Assembly: GCF_020745735.1 (NCBI RefSeq) | Contig: NC_083446.1 | Span: 5,518,001-5,582,000 of the forward strand | Origin: Hemiscyllium ocellatum | Lineage: Eukaryota | DNA length: 64,000 nucleotides | Direction of reading: 5' to 3' | Shown here: positions 1 through 12,245 of the stretch, piece after piece | Layout of the letters: every line of letters begins with the position of its first letter | Position numbering within the stretch: the first letter of the stretch is position 1 | Notes under the pieces: generated by a model | Database searches by the model: none | The model's input: the letters and a program-made list of their open reading frames with translations, nothing else | Told to the model about the DNA's origin: nothing | Position numbers and translations under genes: made by a program

Positions 1-70
1 TCCACAGTCTGAGCAGAAATGATTCTTGGTGTGCCTGCAGTTATGAAGCTACCACTTGCTGTTGTAACCT

Positions 71-233
71 CTAGTCTCCCTGCTGCTGCTCCTCCTCATC
101 ATCCTCCTCATCACTCTCCGAATACTCGTAGTTCCTTCGGTTTGTGTTGACAAACAAGTTGCTGTCATCTTCAGAATCCTCCTCCTCAGCCTCCTCTTCT
201 GAGCTGCAGTTACTTCCATCTTTCTTTGTGTTA
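71..233 (-). CDS. EIF1AD: EIF1AD last coding exon (acidic C-terminus ...EEEDSEDDSNLFVNTNRRNYEYSESDEEDDEEEQQQGD*)
   Basis: Acceptor ctctctcttcag ends at 234; phase-2 entry continues the frame from the previous exon; LFVNTNRR motif matches the EIF1AD C-terminus; TAG at 73-71. Confidence 0.92.
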
Positions 234-980
234 CTGAAGAGAGAGTGCACACCTACTTTAGCTCCAGCCTCTCACTCAATGAAATACACTCAAGGAGCTT
301 CATTCTAGAACAAAGCCAGACACTGATCCACAGCGTGAGAGAGAGTAAAGCTGAGGGATTTAGGGAAGGGATTGCAGTGTTATACAGAAAGACAGGGGTG
401 TCAGGGCTAGAGAAAGTTCACACATAGGGGAGGTGACAGAAGGATGTAGATGCTGGAGTGGATACAGAGATAGAGTTGATAAGACTACACAGGGTGTTGG
501 GAAATACAAGTGAGGAGTTTTAAGAACTGGGGGGAATCTCCCAACCAGAGAGCCAATGCAGGCCAACACTGAAAGATGAATGTGACTCGGTCCCAGTAAA
601 ATGCTGGCAGGAGGGGTTTGTATCAAAGCATAGGGGCAGACCAGTTAGGGATGCATCAGGACAGTCCATTCTGCACAGAGGGCTGAAATCAGGGGAACCA
701 ACTGCTCATTGTCTGCTAAGCCCTCTCAGACACACCAGCACAAACACTGATCAGGCAAAGAGATTCCCCCACCCCTGCCTGTGCTCAGTGTGCTGCGGTT
801 TATTCTGTTTATCTATGTGTCCGCACCTCTACAGCAGCCAGACACACACACACACACTTGCAGCTGAGTGAAAGGACAGAGGAGATTCTTGGTGGTGCCT
901 GGAGGCAGCAGAGAGCGCAGGCATTATCTCTCACACTGTTGGGATTGCTGCCTGGTGGGATGGATTGGGAGCAGACTCAC

Positions 981-1022
981 CTCTCCGGGCACTCTGTCGC
1001 TGGCTCACAGAAACTAGCAGGC
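981..1022 (-). CDS. EIF1AD: EIF1AD coding exon 4 (W-PASFCEPATECPE-S), 42 nt
   Basis: ccctgcag acceptor and AG|gtgagt donor; phases 2/2 join the flanking exons in frame and complete the conserved LWP motif. Confidence 0.85.
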
Positions 1023-1232
1023 CTGCAGGGTTAGGACCAGAAGGAAGATGGGTTAGTGTCTTGTCCCTAACTGACAGTCACCCCCTCAAGGCCATTCAGG
1101 TCCCATCAGCCCGCGGCACCCACCCTCCGACAGCGCGGCGCTCCCTCAGGTCCAAATGGATTTGCTCTTGAATTATTATGAGGAGACAATTAAGAATAAA
1201 CCTCACTGCTGTGGCACTGGATCAGAGGGCAG

Positions 1233-1825
1233 TAGATTAGATTACATTACAGTGTGGAAACAGGCCCTTTGGCCCATCAAGTCCACACTGACCTGCCGAA
1301 GTGCAACCCACCCATACCCCTACATTTACCCTTTACCTAACACTACGGGCAATTTAGCATGGCCAATTCACCTGACCCGCACATCTTTGGATTGTGGGAG
1401 GAAACCGGAGCACCCAGAGAAAACCCACGCAGACACGGGGAGAACGTGCAAACTCCACAGTCTGAGCCAGTCACAGCCTGAGGCGGGAATTGAACCTGGG
1501 TCTCAAGCGCTGAAAGGCAGCAGTGCTAACCACTGCGCCACCATGCTGCCCACATAAATTACTTACAGTGTGGAAACAGGCCCTACAGGCCAACAAGTCC
1601 ACACCGACCCTCCGACACCCAACCCACCCAGACCCATTCCCCTACATTTACCCCTTCACCTAACACTACGGGTAATTCACCTAATCTGCACATGTTTTGA
1701 CAGAGGGGAAATCGGAGCACCCGGAGGAAATCCAGGGAGAATGTGCAAACTCCACACAGACAGTCGGGAATTGAACCAGGTCTCTGGCGCTGAGGCAGCA
1801 GTGCTAACCACTTTGCCACCCACTG
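1233..1825 (-). mobile_element. Two adjacent HE1-type V-SINEs
   Basis: tRNA-derived head with A and B boxes, central CTCCGGTTTCCTCCCACAGTCCAAAGATGTGC core, CR1-like tail ending in (ATCTA)n. Confidence 0.85.
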
Positions 1826-2116
1826 TGCTCTTTGCAGATGAGTTAGACCGGGTAAGGAGTGCAGGTCTCCTTCAGTCACGAGTAACACGCTATGATTTGA
1901 CAGTGAGAGTGGGCAGGTGTCAGCACTGGATATTTTATTACTCCGACATTTCTGTTTGCCAGATTCTGATCCCACCAGCTGCCTGGCATGATTTGAACCC
2001 AGGATTCCCAGAGCATTAGCCCAGGGCTCGCAGGGAATGCCAGGCTCTTGTCACCCGCATCCCCCACACAAACAGGCATCACCCTCTGGCCTCGCCACTC
2101 CAGCTCATTGTCCTAC

Positions 2117-2225
2117 CAAAGACCGTCCTTCCTGAACTGTTTGATGTGCTCCTTGTACAGAATCGAGTTAATTTCCGCCTTCACCTTTTCCCCTTCCTGG
2201 ATGGGATCCACGATGAGGAAGTCGC
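2117..2225 (-). CDS. EIF1AD: EIF1AD coding exon 3 ([37 protein letters not shown]), 109 nt
   Basis: S1/eIF1A-like domain sequence; tcag acceptor, TG|gtagga donor. Confidence 0.95.
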
Positions 2226-2387
2226 CTGACAAGGGAGGAGGAGAGGAGAGAGACCGAACACGGGTCATTTCAGAGAGAGCCCAGAACCCCCCACACACAT
2301 TCCCAGCTCCCCAGCAGTCCACACCCCACCGGAAATCCCCAGCCTCCAACACTGAACGTAACATGATAGCAGAAGCCCCTGTTTCTT

Positions 2388-2680
2388 AGAATCTGTACAG
2401 TTTGGAAACAGGCCCTTCAGCGCAACAGGTCCACACTGACCCTCCCAAGAATAACCCACTCAGAGCCATTCCCTCAGCCTATTACTCTACATTTACCCCT
2501 GACTAATACACCTAACTTACACATCCCTGGGCACTATGGGACAATTTAGCACGGCCAGTCCACCCTAACCTGCACATCCCTGGGCACTATGGGACAATTT
2601 AGCACGGCCAATCCACCCTAACCTGCACATCCCTGGGCACTATGGGGGTGCAGTGCTAACCAGTGAGCCACCGCACTGTC
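2388..2680 (-). mobile_element. V-SINE remnant with about 2.5 copies of the 53-bp internal unit
   Basis: Repeated ccctaacctgcacatccctgggcactatgggacaatttagcacggcc unit between SINE tail and head remnants. Confidence 0.75.
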
Positions 2681-3151
2681 CTGCTCTTTCTTTCCCCAGA
2701 GGTTTTCGTTCGCACACATTTGCTCATCCCTAATTGCCCTTGAACCAAGTGGCTGGCCACTGACCCCTGCCCTTTTAAAGGGGGCCTTGCCTCACATGAA
2801 GCCACACAGCATTCTGTGTGGAATGCTCTGCCCCAGAGGGCAGTGGAGGCCCAGTCTCTGGATTCATTTAAGAAAAAGAGTTGGATAGAGCTCTCAAAGA
2901 TAGTGGAATCCAGGGTTATGGAGATAGGGCAGGAAGCGGATACTGATTAGGAATGATCAGCCATGATCATATTGAATGGCGGTGCAGGCTGGATGGGCTG
3001 AATGGCCTACTCCTGCACCTATTGTCACACCCTGACCCCACTGCCCGGTGACTCCTGTAGGGAGCTTGCAGTCCATCGATGGCCTGGGACAAGGCTGGTA
3101 TGTTGACCCCAACCCATTCTCCACTCACCCCCCACCCCACTGTGCACGTAC

Positions 3152-3260
3152 CCCTCTTGATCCAGATGTTCTTGCGGAACTTGGTGGGCATGCTGGCGAG
3201 GAAGCGATCCCCCTGTGCCGTCTCCACCTCGTGGAGGTTATTCCCTGGCGAGCCCAGCAC
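3152..3260 (-). CDS. EIF1AD: EIF1AD coding exon 2 ([37 protein letters not shown]), 109 nt
   Basis: Highly conserved GNNLHEV...[15 protein letters not shown] motif; cag acceptor, G|gtacgt donor. Confidence 0.96.
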
Positions 3261-3754
3261 CTGTTTTTGGGGGTGGGGGTGGGGAGAGGAGAGAGAGAGA
3301 GAAACCAACAGAAACCTGAGAAGGGCGGAGGAGGCACTCCCGCAGCACGCTACAACAACAACAACTGGCAGAGGCCTGGCCCAAACCCTGCACTGTTGCC
3401 ACTTCAGGACCGAATGCAAGAACGCGGAATTTCAAAAGATCGTTCACAGTCGCTCCCTGTTTCTATCTCCACGGCAGCACATCCCCAATCATCTGGTGCT
3501 CTTGTTCCTGTTGCTAGACGTTGCTTTGTACGTTTGAAATTTTGGTATTCTTGCACGTGTCCTGATGGGCGCAAGGCGAAAAGTTTCAGTTGGATTCAGG
3601 TGCTGTTGTTTCTCGCCCTTGTTACATCCCTGCTCTGTCACATGGACTATTTTCTAACTAGGGAGGAAATTCTGAAATTTGAAGTACAAAGCAACTTGGG
3701 AGTCCTAGTCCAGGTTTCTCTTCAGGTAAACTCGCAGGTTGGGTTTGTAATTAG

Positions 3755-4360
3755 CTCTGAAAATGTGTTGCTGGAAAAGCGCAGCAGGTCAGGCAGCAAC
3801 CAAGGAACAGGAAATTCGACGTTTCGGGCATAAGCCCTTCATCAGGAATGAGAGAGTGTAGCCAAGCAGGCTAAGATAAAAGGTAGGGAGGAGGGACTTG
3901 GGGAGGGGCGATGGAGATGCGATAGGTGGAAGGAGGTCAAGGTGAGGGTGATAGGCCGGTGTGGGGTGGGGGCGGAGAGGTCAGGAAGAGGATTGCAGGT
4001 TAGGAGGGGGTGCTGAGTTCGCGGGAATCGACTGAGACAAGGTGGGGGGAGGGGAAATGAGGAAACTGGAGAAATCGGAGTTCATCCCTTGTGGTTGGAG
4101 GGTTCCCAGGCGGGAGATGAGGCGCTCCTCCTCCAGCCGTCGTGTTGTTATGGTCTGGCGATGGAGGAGTCCAAGGACCTGCATGTCCTCGGTGGAGTGG
4201 GAGGGGGAGTTAAAGTGTTGAGCCACGGGTGGTTGGGTTGGTTGGTCCGGGCGTCCCACAGGTGTTCTCTGAAACGTTCTGCAAGTAGGCGACCTGTCTC
4301 CCCAATGTAGAGGAGGCCACATCGAGTGCAGCGGATGCAATAGATGATGTGTGTGGAGGT
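3755..4360 (-). mobile_element. Penelope-like element 3' fragment (GIY-YIG C-terminus plus hammerhead-bearing terminus) inserted into a CR1 LINE fragment
   Basis: VAQHFNSPSHS...RRLEEERLISRLGTLQPQGMN peptide; flanking direct repeat gggtttgtaattag (3741-3754 and 4361-4374). Confidence 0.8.
3814..3849 (-). ncRNA. Minimal type-I hammerhead ribozyme motif (family A)
   Basis: attc-CUGAUGA-a-gggc(uuau)gccc-GAAA-c-GUC-gaau: both core boxes, helices I and II, and a palindromic ACGU in place of helix III. Confidence 0.7.
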
Positions 4361-5760
4361 GGGTTTGTAATTAGGAAGGCAAATACAATGTTGGCATTTA
4401 TTGCGAGAGGACTAGAATATAAAAGCATGGATGTGCTTCTGAGGCTTTAAAAGATGTGGGTCACACTAAATTAGAGTATTGCGAGCAATTTTGGCCCCCA
4501 TATCTCAAAGGATGTACTGGCTCTGGAGCAGGATCAAAGGAGGTTCCCGAGAACGATCCCGGCTTAACAGACGAGGAACGTTTGAGGACTCTGGATTATT
4601 ACTGGCTGGAGTTTAGACGGATTTGGGTGGGGTGGGGGGAAACGACCTGAACAAAACTCTCAGAATACCAAATGGCCTCGATAGAGTGGACGTTTTAGTG
4701 GAATGTCTTACATGGGGTCAGGAGTAACATGTAGGCCCAGACTGGGTAAAGAAATTGCCTGCAACTCTGGACTGATCTTCCACTGAGAAAAAAATCACCT
4801 GCTGAAAACACACAGCTTGACATAGTGTTTCGTCACGATGACTTCTGCAGTCAAATAGCTCTCGCCCCCGCCCCGTCTCCCCCCCCCCACCCAACCCACC
4901 CCCAGGGAAAGCATTGCCCTTGCAAGAGACAGAGCGCCCCCAATGTCTGCGAAATATCTGTAGCCCCAGCGTGTGTCAGAAATTGGGGGGGGGGGGGGGG
5001 GGGGGTTGGGGAGCAAGTCTCCGAGCTGATTGTAACCTGGGCTAACAGTAAAACCACAGCTGATGCTCGGAAGGTCACTGTAAGATTCAAATTTAACTCA
5101 ATGACGCCTCCACTTTGTTGGTCAAAATTAAATCTACCAACAGTGGGTGGAATGTAGATTATACAGATAAGACTGGAAATGACTAACAGAGGGTAAATGG
5201 TTGGCAGGATTACCAGAGACACATAGAAAGGTAACAGCTGAGTTACGACCAGACACAGTAATCACAGATGTGAACCGCCCAGGCACTGCTGGTGAGGGAC
5301 TGCATTTACATCTAATTCCATCCCCCCCCAACTACCCCAGGGGTGTGGGGGAAGAGAGAAGAGGAGACAGGCAGAAGTATTTGATCAGGTGACCCAGTTT
5401 GATCGTAAGTACAAAGGTCAGGCACCCCCATGATCTGTGAACAGCCTGGATTCCAGACACCAAAGATTAGAGAGAGGTCTGTTTGACTTGGCCGTAAGGT
5501 ACGAGACGTATTTTACCTCCTACTCACAGTCAAATACATTGGATACACCCATTGAGTGAGTGAAAGCCCATACCCCAGTGAAAGGCAGTGTGTGCGCATG
5601 TGCGCAGGAGCCAGTACCCCACCCCTCAGTAAGAGAGAGAGAGGCAGTGTATTTGTGTGGGTGCACACGCGCCCTGTATTCCAGAGTGAATGGAGTTAGG
5701 GTCAGCACTGCATCAGGTCTCAGTGCGATCCAGCTATGCTGCTCCCAGGTAGCTCCTTAC

Positions 5761-5847
5761 CCGCACAATCTGTTGTATCTCAGAGGGCGGCTCATAATCA
5801 CCCAGCACCTCCTTTACCACATGTTTCCTCTTCGTCGCCTGGGACAT
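5761..5847 (-). CDS. EIF1AD: EIF1AD coding exon 1 ([29 protein letters not shown]), 87 nt; this exon begins with 5' UTR at 5891
   Basis: [17 protein letters not shown]-terminus; ctcctgcag acceptor at 5892-5893; CGG|gtaagg donor. The five exons total 510 nt = 169 aa plus stop. Confidence 0.96.
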
Positions 5848-6144
5848 CTTGGGCCTCCAGCCAACACCTTCAGCTCGGAGTGCAGGAAGACCTGCAGGAG
5901 GGGCACACAGACATGAAACACAGGCCACTGACCCAAGGGAAATGCCAGCAAGAACCTTCCAGCTTGTTCGGCCATTCAATAACTTCAGGGCTGAACCCTA
6001 CATTCCTGCAAACCCTTGATCATCAAAGATACACAACCCCCTCCTTAAAAAGATCTTGCATTCATGCCTTCTGAGGAAGAAAACTCCAACACCTCCAAAC
6101 CTGAGAACTTTTGTTTCTCATCATCCCTGCATTAAGAGGGTGAT

Positions 6145-6850
6145 TAGATTAGATTCCATACAGTATGGAAACAGGCGCTTCGGCCCCAACAAATCCACAT
6201 AGACCCTCTTGTAAAGTTACCCACCTACACCCAATCCCCTACCCTGTATTTACCCCAGACTAATGCACCTAACACTATGGCAATTTAGCATGGCCAATTC
6301 ACCTAACCTGCACATCTTTGGACTGTGGGAGGAAACCGGAGCACCCGGAGTAAACCAACAGGGAGAATGTGCAAACTCCACACAGGCAGTTACCCGAGGC
6401 AGGAATTGAACCCGGTCCCTGGCGCTGTAAGGCAGCAGTGCTAACCACTGTGCCACCGTGCCACCCTAGGCTGGGGCTTTTTTAATCCCTGGAGCATTGG
6501 AGACTGAGGGATGGCCTGACAGAGGTTTATAAAATCATGAGGGGGCACGGACAGGGTGAACAGACCAGGCCCTTTTTGCCCCAGGGCAGAACTAGAGGAC
6601 ATCGGTTTAAGGAGGGGAGAGAAAGATTTAAAAGGGAGCTGAGGGACAACTCTTTTCACGCAGAGGGTGATGATGTATGGAACGAGCTAACAGGAGAAGG
6701 GGAGGAGGTTGGTACAATTACAGCATCTAGACAGATACGTGAATAGAAAGAGTTTAGAGGGATAGGGGCCAAGTGCTGGCAAACGAGACTAGATTAATTT
6801 AGGATACCTGGTCAGCCTGAACAAGCTGAAATTAAAGGGTCCGTGCCACA
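6145..6850. mobile_element. HE1-type V-SINE (-, about 6145-6465) followed by a CR1 LINE 3' fragment (+)
   Basis: SINE core and head; CR1 tail with RLRGDLIEVYKIM-like and RTRGHRFK-like coding remnants. Confidence 0.75.
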
Positions 6851-7035
6851 GCACCACGAGCCTATACCTGGTCTATATGTGGCTACAAACCCAGGCCAAT
6901 GGTAGGGTGGTAGCTGCCCTGTCAAATGAGAAGAGCCTCAGAGTCTGAAAACGCCCGACCCGGTCTAATCTCAGAAGGTGGTGAGACTCAGAACCTGGTT
7001 AGTCCCTGAAGAGGGGAACCCTCACACACCTGCTT

Positions 7036-7200
7036 ACCCCTCACCACACANNNNNNNNNNNNNNNNNNNNNNNNNNNNNNNNNNNNNNNNNNNNNNNNNN
7101 NNNNNNNNNNNNNNNNNNNNNNNNNNNNNNNNNNNNNNNNNNNNNNNNNGTGTAGGAGGAGAGTTGTGTTGTGAGCCTTTGGAGGGGCTTTCCTGTGTGT
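7036..7200. promoter_or_regulatory. Probable shared (bidirectional) EIF1AD/BANF1 promoter and non-coding first exons, largely hidden in an assembly gap
   Basis: Minus-strand donor GG|gtaagc at 7037-7036 immediately before the N-run (7051-7149); the genes are divergent and both first coding exons start with an acceptor, so upstream non-coding exons are required. Confidence 0.4.
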
Positions 7201-7400
7201 TCAGTTCCTCTGCTCCCGACCTTCCCTGCTCAGGGTTTGCTTTCATTTGCTGAGTTTTGTTTTCACTCTGGATGTGTTTTGTTTTATTTGAGTTCAGCCT
7301 CTGAGGGCAGGAGACTCCCTCCCTGTGCATTACTGAAGCAGAGTTGGGGAGTTTCCGACCTGCTGCTGGTCCTCTTCCTTGACTTTCTGTAGGCAGGTTC

Positions 7401-7898
7401 TGGATCAGTGGTGCTGGAAGAGCACAGCAGGTCAGGCAGCATCCAGGGAGCAGCGAAATCAACGTTTCGGGCAAAAGTCCTTCATCAGGAATAAAGGCAG
7501 TGAGCCTGAAGCGTGGAGAGATAAGCTAGAGGAGGGTGGGGGTGGGGAGAGAGTAGCATAGAGTACAATAGGTGAGAGGGGGAGGGGATGAAGGTGATAG
7601 GTCAGGGAGGAGAGGGTGGAGTGGATAGGTGGAAAAGGAGCTAGGCAGGTCGGAAAAGTCCGGACAAGTCACGGGGACAATGCTGAGCTGGAAGTTTGGA
7701 ACTAGGATGAGGTGGGGGGAGGGAAAATGAGGAAGCTGTTGAAGTCCACATTGATGCCCTGGGGTTGAAGTGTTCCGAGGCGGAAGATGAGGCATTCTTC
7801 CTCCAGGCGTCTGGTGGTGAAGGAGGCCCAGGACCTCCATGTCCTTGGCAGAATGGGAGGGGGAGTTGAAATGTTGGGCCACGGGGCGGTGTGGTTGA
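7401..7898 (-). mobile_element. Penelope-like element 3' fragment
   Basis: AQHFNSPSHSAKDMEVLGLL and RRLEEECLIFRLGTLQPQGIN peptides; degenerate hammerhead at about 7457-7492; flanking direct repeat aggcaggttc. Confidence 0.8.
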
Positions 7899-8266
7899 AG
7901 GCAGGTTCCACAGTGAGAGTGAATTCCCTACCTGCAGCACTTCAAGAAGGCAGCTCACCGCCCCACCCCACCCCACCCCACCCCACCTTCTCAAGGGGTA
8001 ACTAGGGACAGGCTATCAATGAGGAAAAAGGGCTCATGCCCGAAACGTCGATTCTCCAGCTCCTTGGATGCTGCCTGACCTGCTGCGCCTTTCCAGCAAC
8101 ACAGGCTATCAACGGCCACCCAGCAACACCCAAGTCCCACAGACGAATATAAAAAGCCGCCTGTGATTTTGTTTATTTAGACTTAGTGAAATTTGACCAT
8201 CTGGAGGTGTTGATTTTGTGTGTGTGTGTGTGTATTCGTTGTTTCCCAGCACAGGGACACAGCAGG

Positions 8267-8389
8267 ATGACCACATCGCAGAAACACCGGGATTTTGTGG
8301 CTGAGCCCATGGGAGAGAAGTCGGTCCGGTGCCTAGCGGGAATCGGCGAGGTCCTTGGGAGACGGCTGGAGGATCAGGGATTCGACAGG
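8267..8389 (+). CDS. BANF1: BANF1 coding exon 1 ([41 protein letters not shown]), 123 nt
   Basis: Near-identical to the vertebrate BAF N-terminus including the HhH motif LAGIGEVLG; upstream tttcccag acceptor; AGG|gtaggt donor. Confidence 0.97.
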
Positions 8390-9599
8390 GTAGGTGGAGA
8401 CTGGCAGGTGATGGCGTACTGGGATTATCTTTAGACTATCAATCCAGAGACTCTGATGATATCCTGGGAACCCGGGTTCAAATCTGAATTCTATTAAAAT
8501 ACACTTGGGCTCGGCAGCAGATTCCCAATCCTCCGACTGAAGAAATTCCTCCTCATCTCGGTTCTAACGTGTTCTCTCATTCTGAGACTGTGTTCTCTGC
8601 TCCTAGTCTCTCCCACCGCCGACGACATTTCTCGATAATTTTGTAAGTTTCCTTCAGACCGTCCTTTATTTTTCTAAACACCATCCAGTACAGACCCAGA
8701 GTCCTCAACTGTGTCTCAGATGACAAGCCCTTCATACCCAGGGCCGTTCTTGGACCCCTCTCCAAGGCCAGCACACCTTTCCTTGCATACAGGGAGCTTC
8801 GAAATACAATCTGACCAGGGCCTAATGCAGCCTCGGCAGTACGTCGCTCCTCTTGGCTAACGTATTTGCCTTCCTCACTGCCAGCTGGACCTGCATGTTA
8901 ACCTCAGGGAATCCTGGTCTGGGACTCCCAAATCCCTTTGTGTTTCAGACTTCCGAAGCCTTTCCCCATTTAGAAAATAGTCTCAGCCTCCACTCTCCTT
9001 AACAAAAGTGCATAACCTCACACTTTCCCACTCACTTGGGCCTATCTAAGTCCTTCTGCTGCCTCCCTGCTTCCTCAACGCTCCAGCACAGAAACAGGCC
9101 TTTCAGCCCGTCTCATCCGTGCTGGCCAGGTTTCCTCAACCGAACCAGTTCCACCTGCCCATGTTTGGCTCCATATCCCTCTAAACCCTTCCTAGCCATG
9201 CGCCTGTCCAAAAGTCTTTCAAGTGTTGTATTTATGGTTCCTCAACTCTACCCGCACAAGTTGTACGCCTTCTGAGACTGTCGTGATTGATAGAATGTCT
9301 CTGGTGTGGAAGCAGGCCATTTGACCCATCGAGTCATCACTGACCCTCTGAAGCCATGCAAGCCTGCCTTATCCCTGTCACCTTGTATTTCCCCCATGGC
9401 AGGTCTGCCCTAACCTGCACATCTTTGGAAGGAAGCCCACGCAGACACTGGGGAGAATGCGCAAACTCCACTCAGACAGTTGCCGGAGAGTGGAATTGAA
9501 CCCGGGTCCCTGGTGCTGCGAGGCAGTGCTGCTAATCACTGAGCCACTGTGCCCCCCACCTCTTGCTATCGAGTTAATTTCATTTCTAAGTTATAAGAT

Positions 9600-10340
9600 A
9601 ATCCTGCCCAGCTCCCTGTCCTTGGATAGAGCGTGTATCTTTGATATTTAGTTCCTAGCCCCAATCTCCTTGCAGCTAGGTCTGTAGGATCCCCACCACA
9701 TCATTGCTGCACTTTGATGTGTCTAATGAGCCCATCTACTGTGTATTTAAGTAAAACACCCTCTGTGTTGCTTTGACTGCACCCTGCTTCTCATAGCTGT
9801 CCCCTGCCTGAAGTGAAAGCCCTGACCTATGACTTGTTCTGGAAACTTTAATTCCCTCTGCTGGGTGCTATCTACCCCTTCAACTTTTTCCCGTGACTTT
9901 CCAAGCAAGTGAACCCACCGCCTCCGAACTGTGGAGTTTCACTCCATGTCTCCAGTGGCGGTTAGGCGATTCACAAGATCGCTGGTCCTAGAGTGAGTCC
10001 GGTCTCTTCAGAACAGCACCCCCGTGTGCTGGTTCTCATGAATTCGAACCGTCTCTCCCAGGCCAATCTTTGAGCCACGGGTTTCCCTCTCCAGTCTTGT
10101 TGACCCTGTGCCAATGTTAGGGATGAACGCACGATTGTTCACTTTGGAAGTAACAACAAGGCAGCCCATCTTCCCTGTTCTGAATGAGCTCTTCAATCCC
10201 CGTGTCCCTCCCTTTGTCAGCCCCTGTAACGCTTTGCAATGGGGCTCCTTCAGTCCGGCGCGCGGACGCACACCCCTCCTTCACATCTGGTGTCGGGAAT
10301 TCCAGGATGTTGTTCTTAAGCTGGATTTACCGGGATGTTG
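9600..10340 (-). mobile_element. CR1 LINE ORF1/ORF2 junction fragment (degenerate endonuclease N-terminus)
   Basis: Reverse translation gives VFYLN...DVVGILQT*LQGDWG*ELNI, the start of a CR1 APE domain. Confidence 0.55.
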
Positions 10341-10919
10341 CTGGGAACAGAGTCTGAGGTATAAGGAGAGGCCGGGACTCCCCTTTGACTGGAGTGTAGG
10401 AGATCGAGAGGTGACCTCATCGAGGTCTTTCAAATCATGAGGGGGTACAGATAAGGTCTTGTCTTGAAGGTGGGGGCTGGTATTTCAAGACCAAGGGGCA
10501 TATTTTAAAGGTGAGAACAAAGATTTGAAAAAGAGACACAGGGTCAATTTTCTTATACAATGGTTTGTGTGCAGAGTAAACGTCCTGAGGAGGTGTGGGT
10601 ACAGTTGCAACATTTGGATAAGGACATGAATAGGAAAGGGTTTGGACGGATTTGGGCCAAGAGCAGGCAGCTGGGAGTAGTTTAGTTTGGGATGAAGGTT
10701 GGCATGGATACGTTGGGCCGAAGGGTCTGTGTGACGCAGGAGACTGGCTGTCCTAGAACCGCAAACAGTCTCTCCTTGTATCCTTTGTTGTAACGCCTCA
10801 TTACTTTGAATATCTTGATTACATCTGCATAATCATAGCCTGGGGTCCTCCTCCTAAATCTCCCTCGTTTTGTCCTACGTTTTAGGGCCTTAACAACAGA
10901 CATATATGGGCATATGTTC

Positions 10920-11215
10920 AACAGTGGTTAGCACTGCTGCCTCACAGCGCCAGAGACCTGGGTTCAATTCCCGCCTCAGGCGACTGTTTGTATGGAGTTT
11001 GCACGTTCTCCCGTGTCTGTGTGGGTTTCCTCCAGGTGCTCCGGTTTCCTCCCACAGTCCAAAGATGTGCAGGTTATGTGAACTGGCCATGCTAAATTGC
11101 CCGTAGTGTTAGGTAATAGGTAAAATGTAGGAGAATGGGTGGGTTGTGCTTCGGCGGGTCAGTGTGGACTTGTTGGGCCGAAGGGCCTGTTTCCACACTG
11201 TAAGTAATCTAATCT
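10920..11215 (+). mobile_element. HE1-type V-SINE
   Basis: Head, core, tail and taatctaatcta end. Confidence 0.85.
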
Positions 11216-11814
11216 ATACGTACAGAAGAGATGTCCGTCCACCCCTTCTCCATTCGCGACCCACCCACCCCACTCCGTCCCCTCAGCAGGCTTGCCGTTT
11301 GGTAAGATTGTAGCTGTAAGTCACAGGAGGCAGCCCATTGGGCCCATCGAGCCTATTCTGCTGTTCCTCAGGCCCCCTTTCCTGGCCTTTCTCCCCATGA
11401 TTGTTTGATTCCCTGACTGATCAAGATTCTCTGTCTCTGCCTCAAATCTGTCTTTGCCCTCACAGCTCCCTGGCAAAGAGTTTCAAAGACTCTCGACCCC
11501 TCTAGAGAAGAAATTCCTTCTCACCTCTGTCCTCACTGGTCCTGGCCCCTCCCAGGAGGGGAAGCACCCTCTCAGTATTGATCCTTTAAGAGACCTGTAT
11601 GTTTCAGAGAGATCACCTCTCATCCTTCCATAATCCCAGCCAGTAAAGTCCCATTCCGTTTAGCCTTTGAGGGAGAGACGCTCCCTCTCCCCCCCAGGGA
11701 TTACTCTAGTGACCTCACTGTGGCCTGTCCACAACTTTACACCGATCCAGCTCATCACTGCTCTCTGGGGAAAGAAACTTCTGCAGGCTAACACCCCACG
11801 GGGCTGGGGATGGT

Positions 11815-12245
11815 CATAGGGATGGACAGCACGGAAACTGACCCTTCGGTCCAACTCCTCCATGCTGACCCGATATCCCAACCCAATCTAGTCCCACCTG
11901 CCAGCACCCGGCCCATATCCCTCAACCCTTCATATACCCATCCAGATGCCTCTTAAATGTTGTCATTGTACCAGCCTCCGCCACTTCCTCTGGCAGCTCA
12001 TTCCATACACGTACCATCCTCCTGTGTGGATAGAGTTGTCCCTTTTTAAATTTTCCCCCCCCCCCCCCCCCCCCCCCCAATCTTAAACCTATGTCTTCTA
12101 GTTGTGGACTCCACCCAGCACAGGGAAAAGACCATGGCTATTTATACTATTCACGCCCCCTCATGATTTTATAAACCTCTATAAGGTCACCCTTTGGCCT
12201 CCGACGCTCCAGGGAAAACCGCATCGGCCTATTCAGCCTGTCCAG
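11815..12245 (-). mobile_element. CR1 LINE 3' fragment (representative; similar pieces at about 8500-9230, 10340-10740, 16240-17500, 20105-21050, 35960-36420, 39110-39700, 55400-56185, 58645-59175, 62555-62965)
   Basis: Conserved CR1 3' coding remnants (LFSLERRRLRGDLIEVYKIM; FFTQRVV..WN.LP) and the shared 3' tail. Confidence 0.8.

Noticed and set aside
49-252. ORF-track 67-aa Arg-rich peptide, and an alternative EIF1AD acceptor at 252
   Set aside because: It is the wrong frame of the EIF1AD last exon; the 252 acceptor gives an early stop, whereas 233 restores the conserved C-terminus.
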